A stretch of 64,000 nt of DNA from the human T2T-CHM13v2.0 reference genome, Homo sapiens. The notes below the pieces were generated by a model. The model worked only from the letters and a program-made list of their open reading frames with translations. It did no database searches and was not told where the DNA came from. This document shows positions 1 to 12,932 of the stretch, in pieces (position 1 is the first letter of the stretch; each line of letters starts with the position of its first letter). Both the position numbers and the translations under genes were made by a program. The stretch is from the NCBI RefSeq assembly GCF_009914755.1, contig NC_060928.1; one strand, written 5' to 3'.

Positions 1-979
1 TGGGATACTGAAGTTAGATTCATTGATGTCTATGGACTTTGCTGTCACCATTCCCTATCTTGAGAATCTTATCTTCCCATCTCTCTGCTTCCTTTTTTCC
101 CTTTTCTTTTAAACATTTTTTTTTATTCATTTGCTCTTTTTCTCTACTTCTCTTCCATTGAAATGACTATATTTTCCCTCCCTTTTAATATGCTAAGTCA
201 CTTTCAGAGACTCAATCCTACCCTATTCTTCTCAAACATTCTTAAAATACCCTTTTCTAAATTGTAGAGCATGTAATTTTCCTCTCATTTCCAATATTCC
301 TTCCTATTCTATCATGTATGTTATAATCTGTGATGAGTAAATTAAGAATCAAGTGTGTCACAGCAAAAACCAAAAGAATGAGAAAGATAGTGGAAATAGC
401 ACAGCTCTGGTTAAAACTGCTTTCATCTTGCCCTTTCTCTTAGTAAAAACTCAACCCCACAGTATTCTAACAGGATTTTTACTACCGTTCTTTTCCTGTC
501 CTAACCCCAATTCAAATAAAGACTTCACACCATCTCAGTTCAGTTAAAAGAAATACTGTTCTCTTTAATGTTAGAAATAAAGCTCTAGTCTTCCATACCA
601 GAAGGATTTTGAGTAGGTATATTAACTTTTTGCTCTACCCACTTTAGAGTAGACTGGAAGTATTAGGCCAATATATGTTAATTATTTTCTTCTGATGGCA
701 AAATAATATAACGCCTGCTAATATTTCGAGTGAGTTTTAAGACTTTCAAAAATCCTTAAAAAAAGGTAATACATGACTTCAGTTCAACTCCATAAAATAG
801 CATATCCCAGCATTTAGAGAATCAAAGACAAAAAAGACAAGTTCATTAATCTCAAGCAGCTTACAGTCTATTAGGGGAGCAAGAAATATAAGCACATAAA
901 TGTTAAAAAGAATAATTAAGAAAGGATTTATAAAAGATAGCAATTATACAGAAAAATGTCTAATTCTCATAAGATAGTA

Positions 980-1356
980 TGAGAGGTTTGGCTCTGTGTC
1001 CCCACCCAAATCTCGTGTTGAATTGTTATTCCCGATGTTAGGGGAAGGACCTGGTGGGAGGTGATTGGATCACGGGGGCAGATTTCCCCCTTGGTGTTCT
1101 TGTGACAGTGAATAAGTTCTCAGGAGATCTGGTTGTTTAAAAGTGTGTAGCGTTTCCCTCTTCACTCTCTCTCTCTTGCTCTGCCATGTGAAGATGTGCC
1201 AGCTTCCCCTTCGCCTTCCACCATAACTGAAAGTTTCCTGAGGCCACCCAGCCATGCTTCCTGTATAGCCTGTGGAACTCTGAGTCAATTAAATCTCTTC
1301 ATAAATTACTCAGTTTCAGGTATGTGTTTATAGCAGTGTGAGAATAGACTAATACA
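980..1356 (+). mobile_element. MaLR solo LTR (THE1D/MSTA-like)
   Basis: Begins tgagaggtttggctctgtgtccccacccaaatctc and ends tttatagcagtgtgagaatagactaataca, matching the recalled THE1/MST LTR termini. Length is about 375 bp. Confidence 0.9.
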
Positions 1357-2174
1357 GATATCAAAGCAAGTGATTCATAAAAGTTGAGATTCCTGGGCCG
1401 AGTTTTAAAAGATAACTAGGAATATCTCACAGGCAAAAAATAGAGAGTGAGATTAAAAAAAAAAAATTCAGGCAGAGAGAACAAGTACAGACTCAAGAAA
1501 ATGTTATGTAATTAACATTCATAATTGAATTCATTAGACACTATTTGGAAATGGGCTTACATATATGACAAAACTGAAAAATGGCAGATTTCTGATATGA
1601 ATTATTTCACCGGATTGCTTAATTTGCTTTTTATTGATATTATGGAACTCATTACAAATTATTTATATAGAGCTATAATTCACAATTATATACCAGTAGC
1701 AATAAAAAACTAGTAGAATTGTAGATGATGTTGGCACTTTCTTTGTAGTTTGCTCAAAATTTTCATTGAAGAAGAGGTTACATTCCTCTAATTGTATTTT
1801 TCCTTTTAATATTGTGCAATTAAATGTTTATTTGCAGTTCATAAAGCAACATCATCTCATTTGTTTGAAAATCCTGCTTGACATGTTCTTGTATTTAGTC
1901 TTGCTATTAAATTAGGGGCCATTAGAATAAATGAGATTGTGAGATGTTAATACAGAGGTCAGTTCAATTTTCTACCCATTTCCACCAATGTGAAAAGCAT
2001 CTAACATGTTTGCATAAATCCTGACTTATAGATGTGGTAATAAACAAACAAAATTGTAAATTTCATTTATTTACAACTACTGGGGAGTAGAAAACATAAA
2101 GAAAATAATGATCATATACAGGCAGAAGCTGAGAGTCTCACAGCCCCCTTTTTATATTTAATAATAATATACAT

Positions 2175-2484
2175 ATTTTAAATTGACATATAATAATTGC
2201 ACATATTTGGGGGGTACATACCAATGTTTATATTTATAGATATGTTGAGTAGGTGCAAAAGTAATTGCAGTTTTTGCAATTACTTTTAATTACACTATAT
2301 ATAATGGACAGTTAATTTTACTACACTATATATATGTTACAGTAATCAGATCAGGATGCTTAGCATATCCAACATCTCAAACATTTATAATTTACTTGTG
2401 TTGGGAGCATTCAATATACACTCACTAGCTATTTGAAACTATATAATATATTAATGTTCACTATAGTCATCCCACAGTGGTAGA
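2175..2484 (-). mobile_element. L1MA-type LINE-1 3' end fragment
   Basis: Antisense L1MA 3'UTR motifs: aattgacatataataattgcacatatttggggggtacat...atcagatcagg...catctcaaacatttat...ctatagtcatccc. Confidence 0.8.
2245..2290. mobile_element. MADE1 (Hsmar1 MITE) half element inside L1MA
   Basis: ggtgcaaaagtaattgcagtttttgcaattacttttaat matches one arm of the MADE1 consensus (ggtgcaaaagtaattgcggtttttgccattacttttaat). Confidence 0.8.
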
Positions 2485-2585
2485 TTTTCACTGCCTTTCA
2501 GAGTTTGTACAGAGAGTTAAAACTATTTTTCTTTTTCTATATTTAGTCTGTACATTTTTTCCTTTTGCAATTCCTTTTCAGCATT

Positions 2586-2741
2586 CTGCTTCTAATCTCT
2601 ACGTCCATGACTTCAATTGTTTTGATTTTTAGATACCACAAAATATGCTTATTTCACATTGTATGCCTTTATCAAAACATCTCATGTACCCCATACATAC
2701 ATACACCTACTATGTACTCACAAAAGTTAAAAATAAAAAAA
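2586..2741 (+). mobile_element. Short L1MA1/2-like insertion with inverted 5' part
   Basis: 2586-2644 is antisense L1MA (ccatgacttcaattgttttgatttttagataccacaaa). 2645-2741 is the sense 3' end (cttatttcacattgtatgcc...catctcatgtacccc...tatgtactcacaaaa) with an A-rich tail. Confidence 0.75.
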
Positions 2742-2988
2742 TTCTGTATCTATTCATTTTTTAAAATTATTTGCCATTACTCATTTCCTTGGTTTCTTTT
2801 ACAGTCGTTTCCCTATTAAATCAGTTAGCTTTTGTTTAGCTTTTATAATTCATTCTCCATTCTCTATATTGTACTTACCTATGACACAGTTATTTAGGTG
2901 ATTACTTTTAGAGTGGATTGGCATATTTCTGTTAGAAGATGATATCAAAATATTGTTAGGTAAATGAATATATATCTACCTAAATGAT

Positions 2989-3033
2989 ACATACATATAT
3001 ATATATATGTGTGTGTGTGTTATATATATATGT
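2989..3033. repeat. Compound (TA)n/(TG)n microsatellite
   Basis: Direct reading of the sequence. Confidence 0.9.
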
Positions 3034-4344
3034 AAACATACCACCTTAATGGGATGCATACAGGGCTAATACGATAATTCCTTATTTTATATAATGGGAA
3101 AGTAGTTTTTGCCTTATTCCTCGAATTAACGGTGTAGAGAGACTCAATTTGTTTTAAAATCTTAATTATCAATGATAATTCTTCAAATAAATACTCTCAT
3201 TTCATTGCAAAGTTATTACTATTAGAGAACATTTTAATTATTGTTATCAAATTTTACTTTTTTAGAAAAACACAAATCCTATTTTAAGTTGAAAAAGCAA
3301 ATGTTAAAAATGTTTTAGGATTTACACAATATTTTATTTGAAGTTTTCAATTTTTCAAATGTGAAAATACCTATGAAGTATGAATTTTTTTATTTATCAC
3401 GTTGATTATAACTTTAAGTTTTAAAAATGTTGAAAAGCAACTGGGTTATGTAGAAGTGTATATGTGTGTTTCTAAACACCTTATATATTATGTATTATTA
3501 CAAAATGTTTATAAACACGTTATAATTTTCAGAGGCTTACATTCTTTTTAAAATGATACTTCGTTAATAACACTTCACTAAGTTTTTCATTCAGAAAATT
3601 TTAATCTAAACTAGACTGATGTACTACTACACAGTAATATGTAAAAAGGGACCACTACCCCTTGAGTGAGACTTTATATTATTTAAATTTTGCTCCAAGT
3701 ACTGTATGCATCTGGATATATTCGAAAAAAATCTTTCCACATTCTCTTATTTCTGTTTTCTTAGATGAAGCATGAGTGGGCTGGTTTGTGCATCTAGAAC
3801 AGGGGTAGGGGACAGGGAGATATCCAACCAAGTATGGAAAAGCATCTCTTCTCTTAATTTTCTTCCTCCAAATTAAGGTGCTGTAACTTGAACGAACACT
3901 CAAATTAATGTGTACACATGTTATGGAAAAAAATAATGCAGTGATCAATGAAAGAATCCAGGTTTAATATTGGGAATTAATACAAAGAGGGGATATAGAA
4001 AATTGAAGCTAGGCTTAAAATTGACCCCAAAAACTTATCTGAACAAATGAAATCTTAGAAATCCTTTAAGTATAGTATGCCTTGGAAATGAGTGATATGG
4101 AATGATCATAGTAAAACCACACTAATGTGACATGTAAACTTACCTATGACTACATGAAAACTTGGGCCCAAGGAAAGCTGGATTATCAATACTATGTGTA
4201 TATGAAAGAGTTTGTCATGAACCTAGACTGTCACTTTTTTCCATACTAAGAGGGATGCTATCTCATCCACCCAACATGAATGGAAATTTAATTATATTCA
4301 ATTATCTTACCAGGTTTGGAGATACAAATGAAATACTATTATTT

Positions 4345-4588
4345 AATATTTACTGAGTGCTTATTTTCAAGTGGTTATCATGTTAAAGGCTTTAGATCAT
4401 TGACTAATATAATTCCATAATAACCACCCTGACTAGGTGTTTTTACTAGCTGAATTTTTCAGATAAAATTGAGACTTACAGAGACTGAATAACTTTTCCA
4501 ATATTACCCTGCTAGTAGAAAGTGGCAGAACTGGGATTGGATCCCAGTTCTTAGAAAATCACCAATCTTTCTTAACCATTATGCTATT
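4345..4588 (-). mobile_element. MIR SINE
   Basis: Antisense MIR: atttactgagtgctta...cagataaaattgagact...agtggcagaactgggattggatcccag...cttaaccattatgctat. Confidence 0.75.
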
Positions 4589-4734
4589 TATTGGTTTTAT
4601 AAATAATTACTTCAAATTACCTACTTGGTGGCATCCTTAATTTGGAGCCAAGCACTTATTTAAACAAACACTTAATGAAATATTTATTTATTTTTAAAAA
4701 ACTTAATTAAACACTTATTTAAACAAAGTTTAAG

Positions 4735-5150
4735 TAAGATACAGTTTTTGTTCTTGAGGAACTTACAGTATAACAGAGGGAGAAAGCCATGTAAACAAAA
4801 AAACAAACACCTCTAAGTTTGTGGCTTTGTACAGAGAGAGTGGTCTGTTCCTTTTGGATTTTTACTTTCTAGAAGTTTTATGCAAGGCTCCATAAATATA
4901 TTATGTCTGAGTTTCATTGTGAAAAGTTAGCAGGTATTCACTTACTGAAGGGAAGCCATTAAAATGTTTTAGGCTGGATTATAACCACTGGACATGAACG
5001 AAGAAGAAGATTTCAGCTGAGAATAGTGAGTCCATTTAAAAGGCTGTTGAAGTAGTCAAACTGAGGTCAGATGGAGGCCCGAAGAGAGGTAGTTCCAGAG
5101 ACAAGGCACTGTGAAGAGAAGGGATTTTGGTGTTTGAGGAGTAGCAATCA
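4735..5150 (-). mobile_element. L2 fragments (degraded)
   Basis: gaggaacttacagtata and gggaagccattaaaatgttttagg are typical antisense L2 motifs. Confidence 0.45.
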
Positions 5151-5490
5151 TGGACCACACACATTTCTGAGTGGAAGTAAATCAGCTCAACCTATGTCAC
5201 TGCCTGGGCATTTGACAGCCATTTGTTGCTTTCCTTGTTTTTAATTACTTAATTTCTATTATTTTTGAAGAGACTACCTAACATACTTAAGAAACTTCAC
5301 TTTCCAAAAATCTTTGGCTATTATTATCCCGTCAGGAAAACTCCTTATCAAAGAAAACTTTCTTTTTGGAATTATTTTTTTCTTCAGTGTCAAGTGCTTT
5401 TATATTCTGTTGAAGATTTGTTTTTCGTTAAAAGATAACTTCCACTTCCTGTATTGCAACAATCCAATGAGAATGAAGAAGGTTAGAATA

Positions 5491-5812
5491 TAGTTGTCCC
5501 TCAGTATCAGCAGATAGAACTGGTTCTAGGAACCAGGTGGATATCAAAATCTGCAAATGCTCAAGCTCCTTATGTAGAATGGTATCACTGTATTTGCATA
5601 TAACCTACGCACATCTTCCATTTAGATAATCTCTAGATTAGTTATAATACCTAAATCAATGTAAATGCTATGTGAATAGTTGTCATACCATGTTTTCTAT
5701 TTGTATATTTTTATTGTTGTATTGTTATTTTTATTATTTCTTAAAAAATATTTTCAGCCTGAGGTTGGTTGAATCCATGGATGTGGAATCCAAGAATACA
5801 GAAGGCCGATTG
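5491..5812 (+). mobile_element. MER2 (Tigger-family DNA transposon)
   Basis: TIR-like ends tagttgtccctcagtatc / atacagaaggccgattg, internal gtatttgcatataacctacgcacatc, and TA dinucleotides on both flanks. Confidence 0.9.
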
Positions 5813-6919
5813 TAACCGATATCGGATCAAAAAGAGAGTAATAGAAAGAAAGGCATAAAAATAGGAAAAGACAAATGAAACAAACAAAAAAGCCACAACA
5901 AAAATAACCCAACTTAGTTAGATTCAAGTTTCATAATTTTTTTTTCTTAAAGGTATGATTAAGAGTTGATGAGAGATACTTGGAAGAAAAAACAAAACAA
6001 AATAAAATAAAACAAAAAAGCTGAGGAAGTTTAGTAACAGAGAAGAGTTAATTGCTTTTAGAATATTTTCACAATAGTAAAGCTGCAAATTAGTTCAATA
6101 GGATACAAATTTTTAAATGTAATTATATTAATAAGGAGGTAATGATTTCTTGTAGTCTATAAGTTATCCTATACAGACATGAAATATTTTTTGTATTATA
6201 TAACAAACCCTACTGAAAGGATGGATGTCTCATAAGTATATTAAAATTTTTCTAAAAGGCATTTATAAAAACAGGTGTGAAAATTTTTAACACAGGATGG
6301 ACTAGAAGAAAATAAATAGGAGACTAGAAAAAGATACATTCTCATTGGAAATTCTACAGCTCCATACTTGGGATCCTAAGCTATAATTGGATGTGGAACA
6401 CTCAATTTGAGAGAATTTTCACAGAATGCTAAAGTTCTCTCTTTTTTATCATCCAAAAAAAATCATCATTAAAAACTTCCAAAGGGCGTAAAACATATAA
6501 TATTGGCAGAGAGACACAAACATGTTTTTTTTTAATTTAATTTTAACCCCCTGTGAAAAAAGAATTCCTTGAGTTTGGCCAAAATTCAAAATTTTAACTT
6601 AGAAAATAATACCAGTCTCTATTCACTAAAAATATGCATTCTTTCATTTATTTCTGAAAAAAAGAGGTAGAATTTTATTTCTGTAATGTCAAAGCAAGTC
6701 CTCATCCTTCTTTAATAGACACTATATTTGTCAAAATTTTTGTAAGCATAAAAATATGGCTGGAGTTCTTAGAAATGTTTGCCGTAACTTAACCAATAAA
6801 TAAAGTATTGCCTCAAACTAAATTGCATTAGAAACAGGAAAAGGAGCTCTAAGCAAGAACTGACTGCAATCATTCAGAATTATATTTGTATTTTCAATAA
6901 CGGCCAAAGACATAAAATT

Positions 6920-7085
6920 ACGAGTGCCCACTAGGTGAACATTATTTATTGTGTGTCAGTTATGACTCATAATACATAGTCATTATCTCTTTAACACAGT
7001 AAGCCAGAATAATATATATGATTTTTCCCATTTTACAGATTTAAAAATGATGCTTTCAAAGTAGGCTTAACTGCTTCACAGGAAT
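6920..7085 (-). mobile_element. MIR fragment
   Basis: Contains the MIR core tttcccattttacagat. Confidence 0.5.
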
Positions 7086-7529
7086 GTTGTCTAATTTTGA
7101 GCAATGTACATTATAATTTTTCTAATACTGTCTACATACAGTATTATTGGTACAACTTTAAGTAGGTTGTGTAGTATATTGTAACACAGGGTACAAATCC
7201 TGACAGCAAGTGGTAAATATAATGGTGAGGTCAAGCCAATTCCAAGGAAATACATTTTCTGGGACATATGAGAACTTTGCCTTTTGTATATATGAGCATC
7301 ATGTAAGAGCGAATGGTACAGTAAAAACCCCAAGGAAATGGCAACTTAAATGTGAGTCATTTAAACAACATTCTGAGGTATTGGTATAAGGTTAGGATCA
7401 TGTTTTAATTATTGTTGATCTGCAAAATATTCTATTGGGCATCCTTCAATCCTTTCAAGCATCCAGCCTAAAATACTAATACTATATAATGTTACATGAC
7501 TCCAAACAAGATTGAGGACCAGTGACCTT

Positions 7530-7675
7530 GTACAACCCTTTCATTTTATAATTGAGGAAGTTAAAGGCTTGAGTGGTTAGACTGTTGGTAAGTAAGTCAT
7601 TACAATAGCAAAACTAGAACCCAAATCTCCAAACTCTTTTTTCCCATTATGTTTTCTCCTATATCATACTGCCTG
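7530..7675 (-). mobile_element. MIR-family fragment
   Basis: cattttataattgaggaagttaaaggct...aactagaacccaaatctcc...tatatcatactgcct. Confidence 0.55.
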
Positions 7676-7779
7676 GTATAATGATAATGGTAAAGTTCTT
7701 GCTTTTTAACTCTAACTGTTAACATTTTAATAATAAACATAAACAACCAACTGAAATAATAAAAATAATTTACACATGC

Positions 7780-9640
7780 ATTTTAAAATATTTATTGTAT
7801 GACCAGCATATACTAACTTAAACAAATTTAAATTGTACACTTTGATAAATACTGACATACTTAAAAATTGTAAACACAAAGTAGTCATCATTCCCCCCAA
7901 ACTCCCTTGCTTCTCTGTAATTCTTCTCACCCACACTTCCTGACTGCAATTCCATACCCAGGAAAACGTGGTTTTTTTCTGGTCACTGTATTAGTTTGCA
8001 TTTTATACAGGCTTATATAAACAGAATCATACAATCTACATTGCATTTCTGGCCTTGTTTCTTTAACGGAGCATACTTATTTGGGGATTTATCCATATTT
8101 CTATGAATGTCAATAGTTCATTGCTTGTTATAAATTTATACTATTTCATTGGATGGCTATACTATGATTTGTTTATCCACTCACACGTTGATGGACAGTT
8201 GTGTTGTTTTCAGCTTTGGCTGTTACAAATAGAGCTGCTATGAACATTTACACTTAAGTCTGTATAGGAACATATGTTTTGAAATTTTGGGTAAATACCT
8301 AGGAATGGAATGATGAGTTCATTTGGTTGGTATAAGTTTAACTTTTTAAGAAAGTTTCAAATTGTTTTAAATGAGTTGTAACATTTTACTTTCCCACTGG
8401 TAATGTATAAGAGTTTCAGTTGCTCCACATCTTCATCAATACTGGTGTGGTTACACATTTTAATTTTAGACATTATTGTAGGTGCATAGGGATGTCTCGC
8501 TGTGGGTTCAATTTGCATCTCCCTAATGACAAAGAGTGTTAAGCATCTTCTCATGTGTTTGTCATGCATTTTCCTTCATTGTTTCAATGTCTCTTCAAAG
8601 TTTTGCCTGTCTTAAAATTGGGTTGTTTGTATTCTTATTATCAAGCTTTGAACATTATTTTTCTGCTCTGGAAACAATCCTGTTGTCGACTGTATGATTT
8701 GCATGTATTTTCTCACCCATTTGTGGCTGACCTTAACAGTGTTTTTCAAAGTAGAAATTCTTAATTTTGATGAAGTCCATTTCATTTTTTATGGGCTTTT
8801 ATTTTAGCGTTGTGTCTATAAAATTTTTACCTATCCTAAATTTACAAAGATTTTTTCTATGCTTATTTCTAGACATTTCATAGTTTTAAGTTTAATGTTT
8901 AGCTCTGTGAATGATTTTGGGTTATTTTTGCATATCTTATGAGTTATAGATCAAAATTCATTTTTTTGCATACGTATAGTCAGTACCATTTGTTGAAAAG
9001 GCTATGCTTTCTTCACTGAATCCCCTTCACACCTTTATCAAAAATCAATTGACCATGTAATTTTGTGTTTCACTTTTAGATTCTCCATTCTACTTTATTG
9101 CTTTATTTGACTGTTTTGATGTATATGATCTTTTATCCTGAAAACTTGCAAAACACTTTTTAGTTCCAGTGGCTTTTTGTAGCTTCTGTTGGATTTTCTT
9201 CTTACACATCGGTCGTCTTATAATAAGGAAAGTTTTATTTTTTCACTTTTTAATGGCTTACATTTATGTTTTCTGACTTAGTGCACTAGGCAATACATCC
9301 AGGACAATGATAATAGAAGTGGGAATAGTGGAAATTCTTGACTTTTTCCTGATCTTAACAGGAAAGTATTCAATCTTCACCATTAAGCGTAAAGTTAGAT
9401 GTAGGTCTTTCATAGATTCCCTTTTCAGGTTAAGTAATTTTTCTTCTATTTCTAGGATCCTCAGAATTTTATCACTCAGAGTATGGTCTATTTTGGTAAA
9501 TATTCTTTATGAATTTGAAAAGAAATATGTGTTCAGCTGTTGTTAGCTATCGCGTTCTAAAACCATCAATAGTGTCAAGTTGGATGATGGTGTTGTTCAA
9601 GTCTTACTGAGAGAGACAGTTGAAATATCCTTCTATAATT
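7780..9640 (-). mobile_element. Old L1M (L1MB/L1MC-like) 3' region, fragmented
   Basis: Antisense L1 3'UTR and ORF2 end (gtaaatacctaggaatggaatg, atttgcatctccctaatgac, cagtaccatttgttgaaaagg). ORF 8357-8569 (-) resembles the decayed ORF2 C-terminus (IREMQI). Confidence 0.8.
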
Positions 9641-9818
9641 TGTTTCTTTTTTTGATGATGAAATTGTGTTTAAGTTTTTCAGCTTTATTGATGTATGATT
9701 GAACATAAAAATTAGTATATTTAAGGTCTACAATGTGATTTTATATATTTATATATTGTGAAATGATTACCACAATCTAGCTAAAAATCATACCCATCAC
9801 CTCAAATTGTTATCTTGG

Positions 9819-9819
<1 letters not shown>

Positions 9820-9854
<35 letters not shown>
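9820..9854. repeat. (TG)n microsatellite
   Basis: Direct reading of the sequence. Confidence 0.95.
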
Positions 9855-9857
<3 letters not shown>

Positions 9858-10816
9858 TATGCGATGACAACAACTGAGAACTTAAGGTCTATTCTCTTAG
9901 CAAATTTCAAGTATAAAATACATTATAATTAACTGTAGTCAACATGTTAAAAATTATGTCTCCAGGACTTATTCATCTTATGAATGAAAGTTTATACCAC
10001 TTGACCTCAACATCTCTCCCATTTCCTACCCTCCTATCTCCTGGTACCATCATTCTGCTCTCTGTTTATATGAATTTGGATTTTTTAGATTGCGCGTATA
10101 AGTGATGTCATGCAATATTTTTATCTTTCTATGTCTGGCTTATTTCTCTTAGCATAATGTCCTCCAGTTTCATCCATGTTGTCACAAATGGCAAGATTTA
10201 CTTATATTTGATGCTGAATAACACCTGATTGTATATATATGACACATTTTCATTATGCATTTACCCACTGATGAACACAAGGTTGATTCCACATTTTAGG
10301 TATTGTGAATAAAGCTGCAGTGGACATGGGAGTACAAATATCTCTTTGAAATAATGATTTCATTTCCTTTGTATTTGTACACAGAAGTGAGAATGCTGGA
10401 TCATAAGGTACTTCTATTTTTAACTTTTGGAGGAATCTCCATCCTGTTTTTCATAATGATGGTATCAATTACATTCTCACCAATACTGTACAGTGGTTCC
10501 CTTTTCTCCATTTCCTCACCAACAGTTATATTTTTTCCTTATTTACAATAGTGTGAAGTGATATCTCATTGTAGTTTTGGATTTGCTTTTCTGTGAGGAT
10601 TAGTGATGTTGAGCATTTTGTCATATACCTGTTGGCCATTTGTATGTCTTCTTTGGAGAAATATCAATTTAGGTTTTTTTCTTTATTTTTTCCTGAGTTG
10701 TTTGACTTCCTAATGTATTTTGGATATTAACCTCTTATCAAGTATATAATTTGCAATTTTTAAATTTTACCTTTCATAGTTTGTCTCTTCATTCGGTTGA
10801 TTGTTTTAATTTTTTT

Positions 10817-11000
10817 GGGGGGGGGTGGAGGGGGGAGGGATAGCATTAGGAGATATACCTAATGCTAAATGATGAGTTAATGGGTGCAGCACACCAGCAT
10901 GGCACATGTATACATATGCAACTAACTGGCACATTGTGCATATGTACCCTAAAACTTAAAGTATAATAATAATAATAAATAATAATAATAATAATAAAAA
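10817..11000 (+). mobile_element. Young 5'-truncated L1PA (L1PA3-like) 3' end
   Basis: gggagggatagcattaggagatatacctaatgctaaatgatgagttaatgggtgcagcacaccagcatggcac...cctaaaacttaaagtataat followed by an (AAT)n tail. Confidence 0.92.
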
Positions 11001-11865
11001 GCTTTTTATTTTGACTTAATCCCATTTGCCTTTTTAAAAAAAAATTGTTGCCTGTGTTTTTGGAGTCATGTCCAAAATATCATTGCCAAGATCAATGTCA
11101 TAGAACTTTTCTCCTGTGTTTTCTTGTAGATGTTTTATGATTTCAGGACTTACATTTAATCTTTAATCCATGTTGAATTGATTTCTGTATATGATGTGAA
11201 GTAAGGATATAATTTCAGTCTTCTGCTTGTGGGTTTCCAGCTTTCCTAGAATCATTTATTGAAGAGAATGTCCTTTCCCCATTGTGTGTTGTTGACATCT
11301 TGGTCAAAAATCAAATGGCAGTACATGTGTGGATTTTATTTCTAGTCTGTCTGCATTGTTCTGTTAGCACATGTATCTGATTTTAAGTCAATACCATGTT
11401 GCTTTGGTTACTATAGCTTTGTAGTATTTTTTGAAATCCAGGTAGAGAGATGCCTCCAAATTTGTTATTTTGTCTAAGATTGCTTTGGCTACTTGGGGTC
11501 TTTTATGGTTCTGTAATGAATTTTAGGATTATTTTTTAATTTTGTGTAAAACATCATGGGGGCGTTCATAGGCATTGCATTGAATTTTTATATCACTTTG
11601 GGTATTATGAATATTTTAATAATATTATTTCAAACCAAGAATATGTGATATCCTTTCATTTATTTGTAGCTTCAACTTCTTTTGTCAATATTATATAGTT
11701 TTCGGTTTACAGATCTTTTACCTCCTTAGTTAAACATATTCCTAAATATAATATTTTACTTTATTTTATTGTAGATATTGCAAATGGAAATGTTTTCTTA
11801 ATCTTCTTTGGATAGTTTGTTGTTAGTGTATAGAAATGCTACTGATTTAAGAAATTCAGTGCTTC

Positions 11866-12168
11866 TTTTTTTTTTTTTTTTTTTTGTGACGGAGTCTCTA
11901 CCTCTGTCTCCCAAGCTGGAGTGCAGTGGCGCAATCTTGGCTCACTGCAAGCTCCGCCTCCCGTGTTCACACCATTCTCCTGCCTCAGCCTCCTGAGTAG
12001 CTGGGACTACAGGCGCCTGGCACCATGCCCGGCTAACTTTTTGTACTTTTAGTAGAGACCGGGTTTCACCGTGTTAGCCAGGATGGTCTCGATCTCCTGA
12101 CCTTGTGATCCGCCCGCCTTGGCTTCCCAAAGTGCTGGAATTATAGGCGTGAGCAACTGCACCCGGCT
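11866..12168 (-). mobile_element. AluY
   Basis: Diagnostic gcaagctccgcc, accattctcc and accgtgttagccaggatggtctcgatc. Poly-T tail. Degenerate TSD gaaattcagtgcttctt / gaaattcaattcttctt. Confidence 0.95.
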
Positions 12169-12231
12169 GAAATTCAATTCTTCTTTACATTAAACATAAG
12201 ATAATTTTCTAAAAGTTTAAAAAATATTGTC

Positions 12232-12350
12232 TTATTTAATCACGACAACAATCTAATGTAGTAGATTCTTTATCTATAGAGGATGAAACTGTGGCACACA
12301 GGGTGAGGTTTATATAACTTTTGTAAACCCATACAGATATTAAAATTGAA
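12232..12350 (-). mobile_element. MIR fragment
   Basis: tttaatcacgacaacaatc...atagaggatgaaactgtggcacacagg. Confidence 0.55.
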
Positions 12351-12883
12351 TGATGGCATTTTGAGTAAAGATGTTATATGATTAGATATCCTTCACTCTG
12401 TGTTGCTTTACTTATCCAATCATTTTACCTAGTTAAAATGATTAAAATAATAAAATGTTTTACCAGTAGCAAATGAAAACATATATATCTCAGAATCTAC
12501 TTATAACCACTAACTAAAGAAAAAAATTTCGTATGTTTTTCTAAATAACATAGCATTTAAAGCTGTATTCTAAAAAAGATTACATATATTGCATAATGAT
12601 TTTACTTAATTACTATCACAACATGTAGTCAAATATGAATGCTTAAAATGTGGTGTTGCATAATGATGGAATTTTAAAAATATGTCAGTGAAATTCATTT
12701 AGGAACGAAAATGTGACTTTTCTATCTTTAATTTATAAGGCTAATAAAATTGAAATAATATATACTTTACCGACTGGTGGAGTGGTCCAAAGAACAATGA
12801 AATGAAAAGTTATTTAAAACACTGTCATTCTTAGGATAAAAATCCTTTGCAAAAACAGATGGCTAAACTATTTGATTTAACTT

Positions 12884-12885
<2 letters not shown>

Positions 12886-12926
<41 letters not shown>
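12886..12926. repeat. (TG)n microsatellite, about 20 units
   Basis: Direct reading of the sequence. Confidence 0.95.

Positions 12927-12932
<6 letters not shown>

Larger units (their letters stand above)
9676..11848 (-). mobile_element. L1MA8/9-like LINE-1 3' 2 kb, interrupted by a younger L1PA
   Basis: Antisense 3'UTR (ctcttagcaaatttcaagtata, ggcttatttctcttagcataatgtcctcc) runs into ORF2 (gttactatagctttgtagta, ttagtgtatagaaatgctactgattt) and resumes after 11000. Confidence 0.85.

Noticed and set aside
1070-1288. 72-aa ORF, and the ORFs at 16280-16595
   Set aside because: They are chance frames inside MaLR LTRs.
3765-3804. Good + strand acceptor (ttctgttttcttAG) followed by ATG
   Set aside because: The donor (GGG|GTAGGG) is weak and the ATG frame stops after 10 codons.
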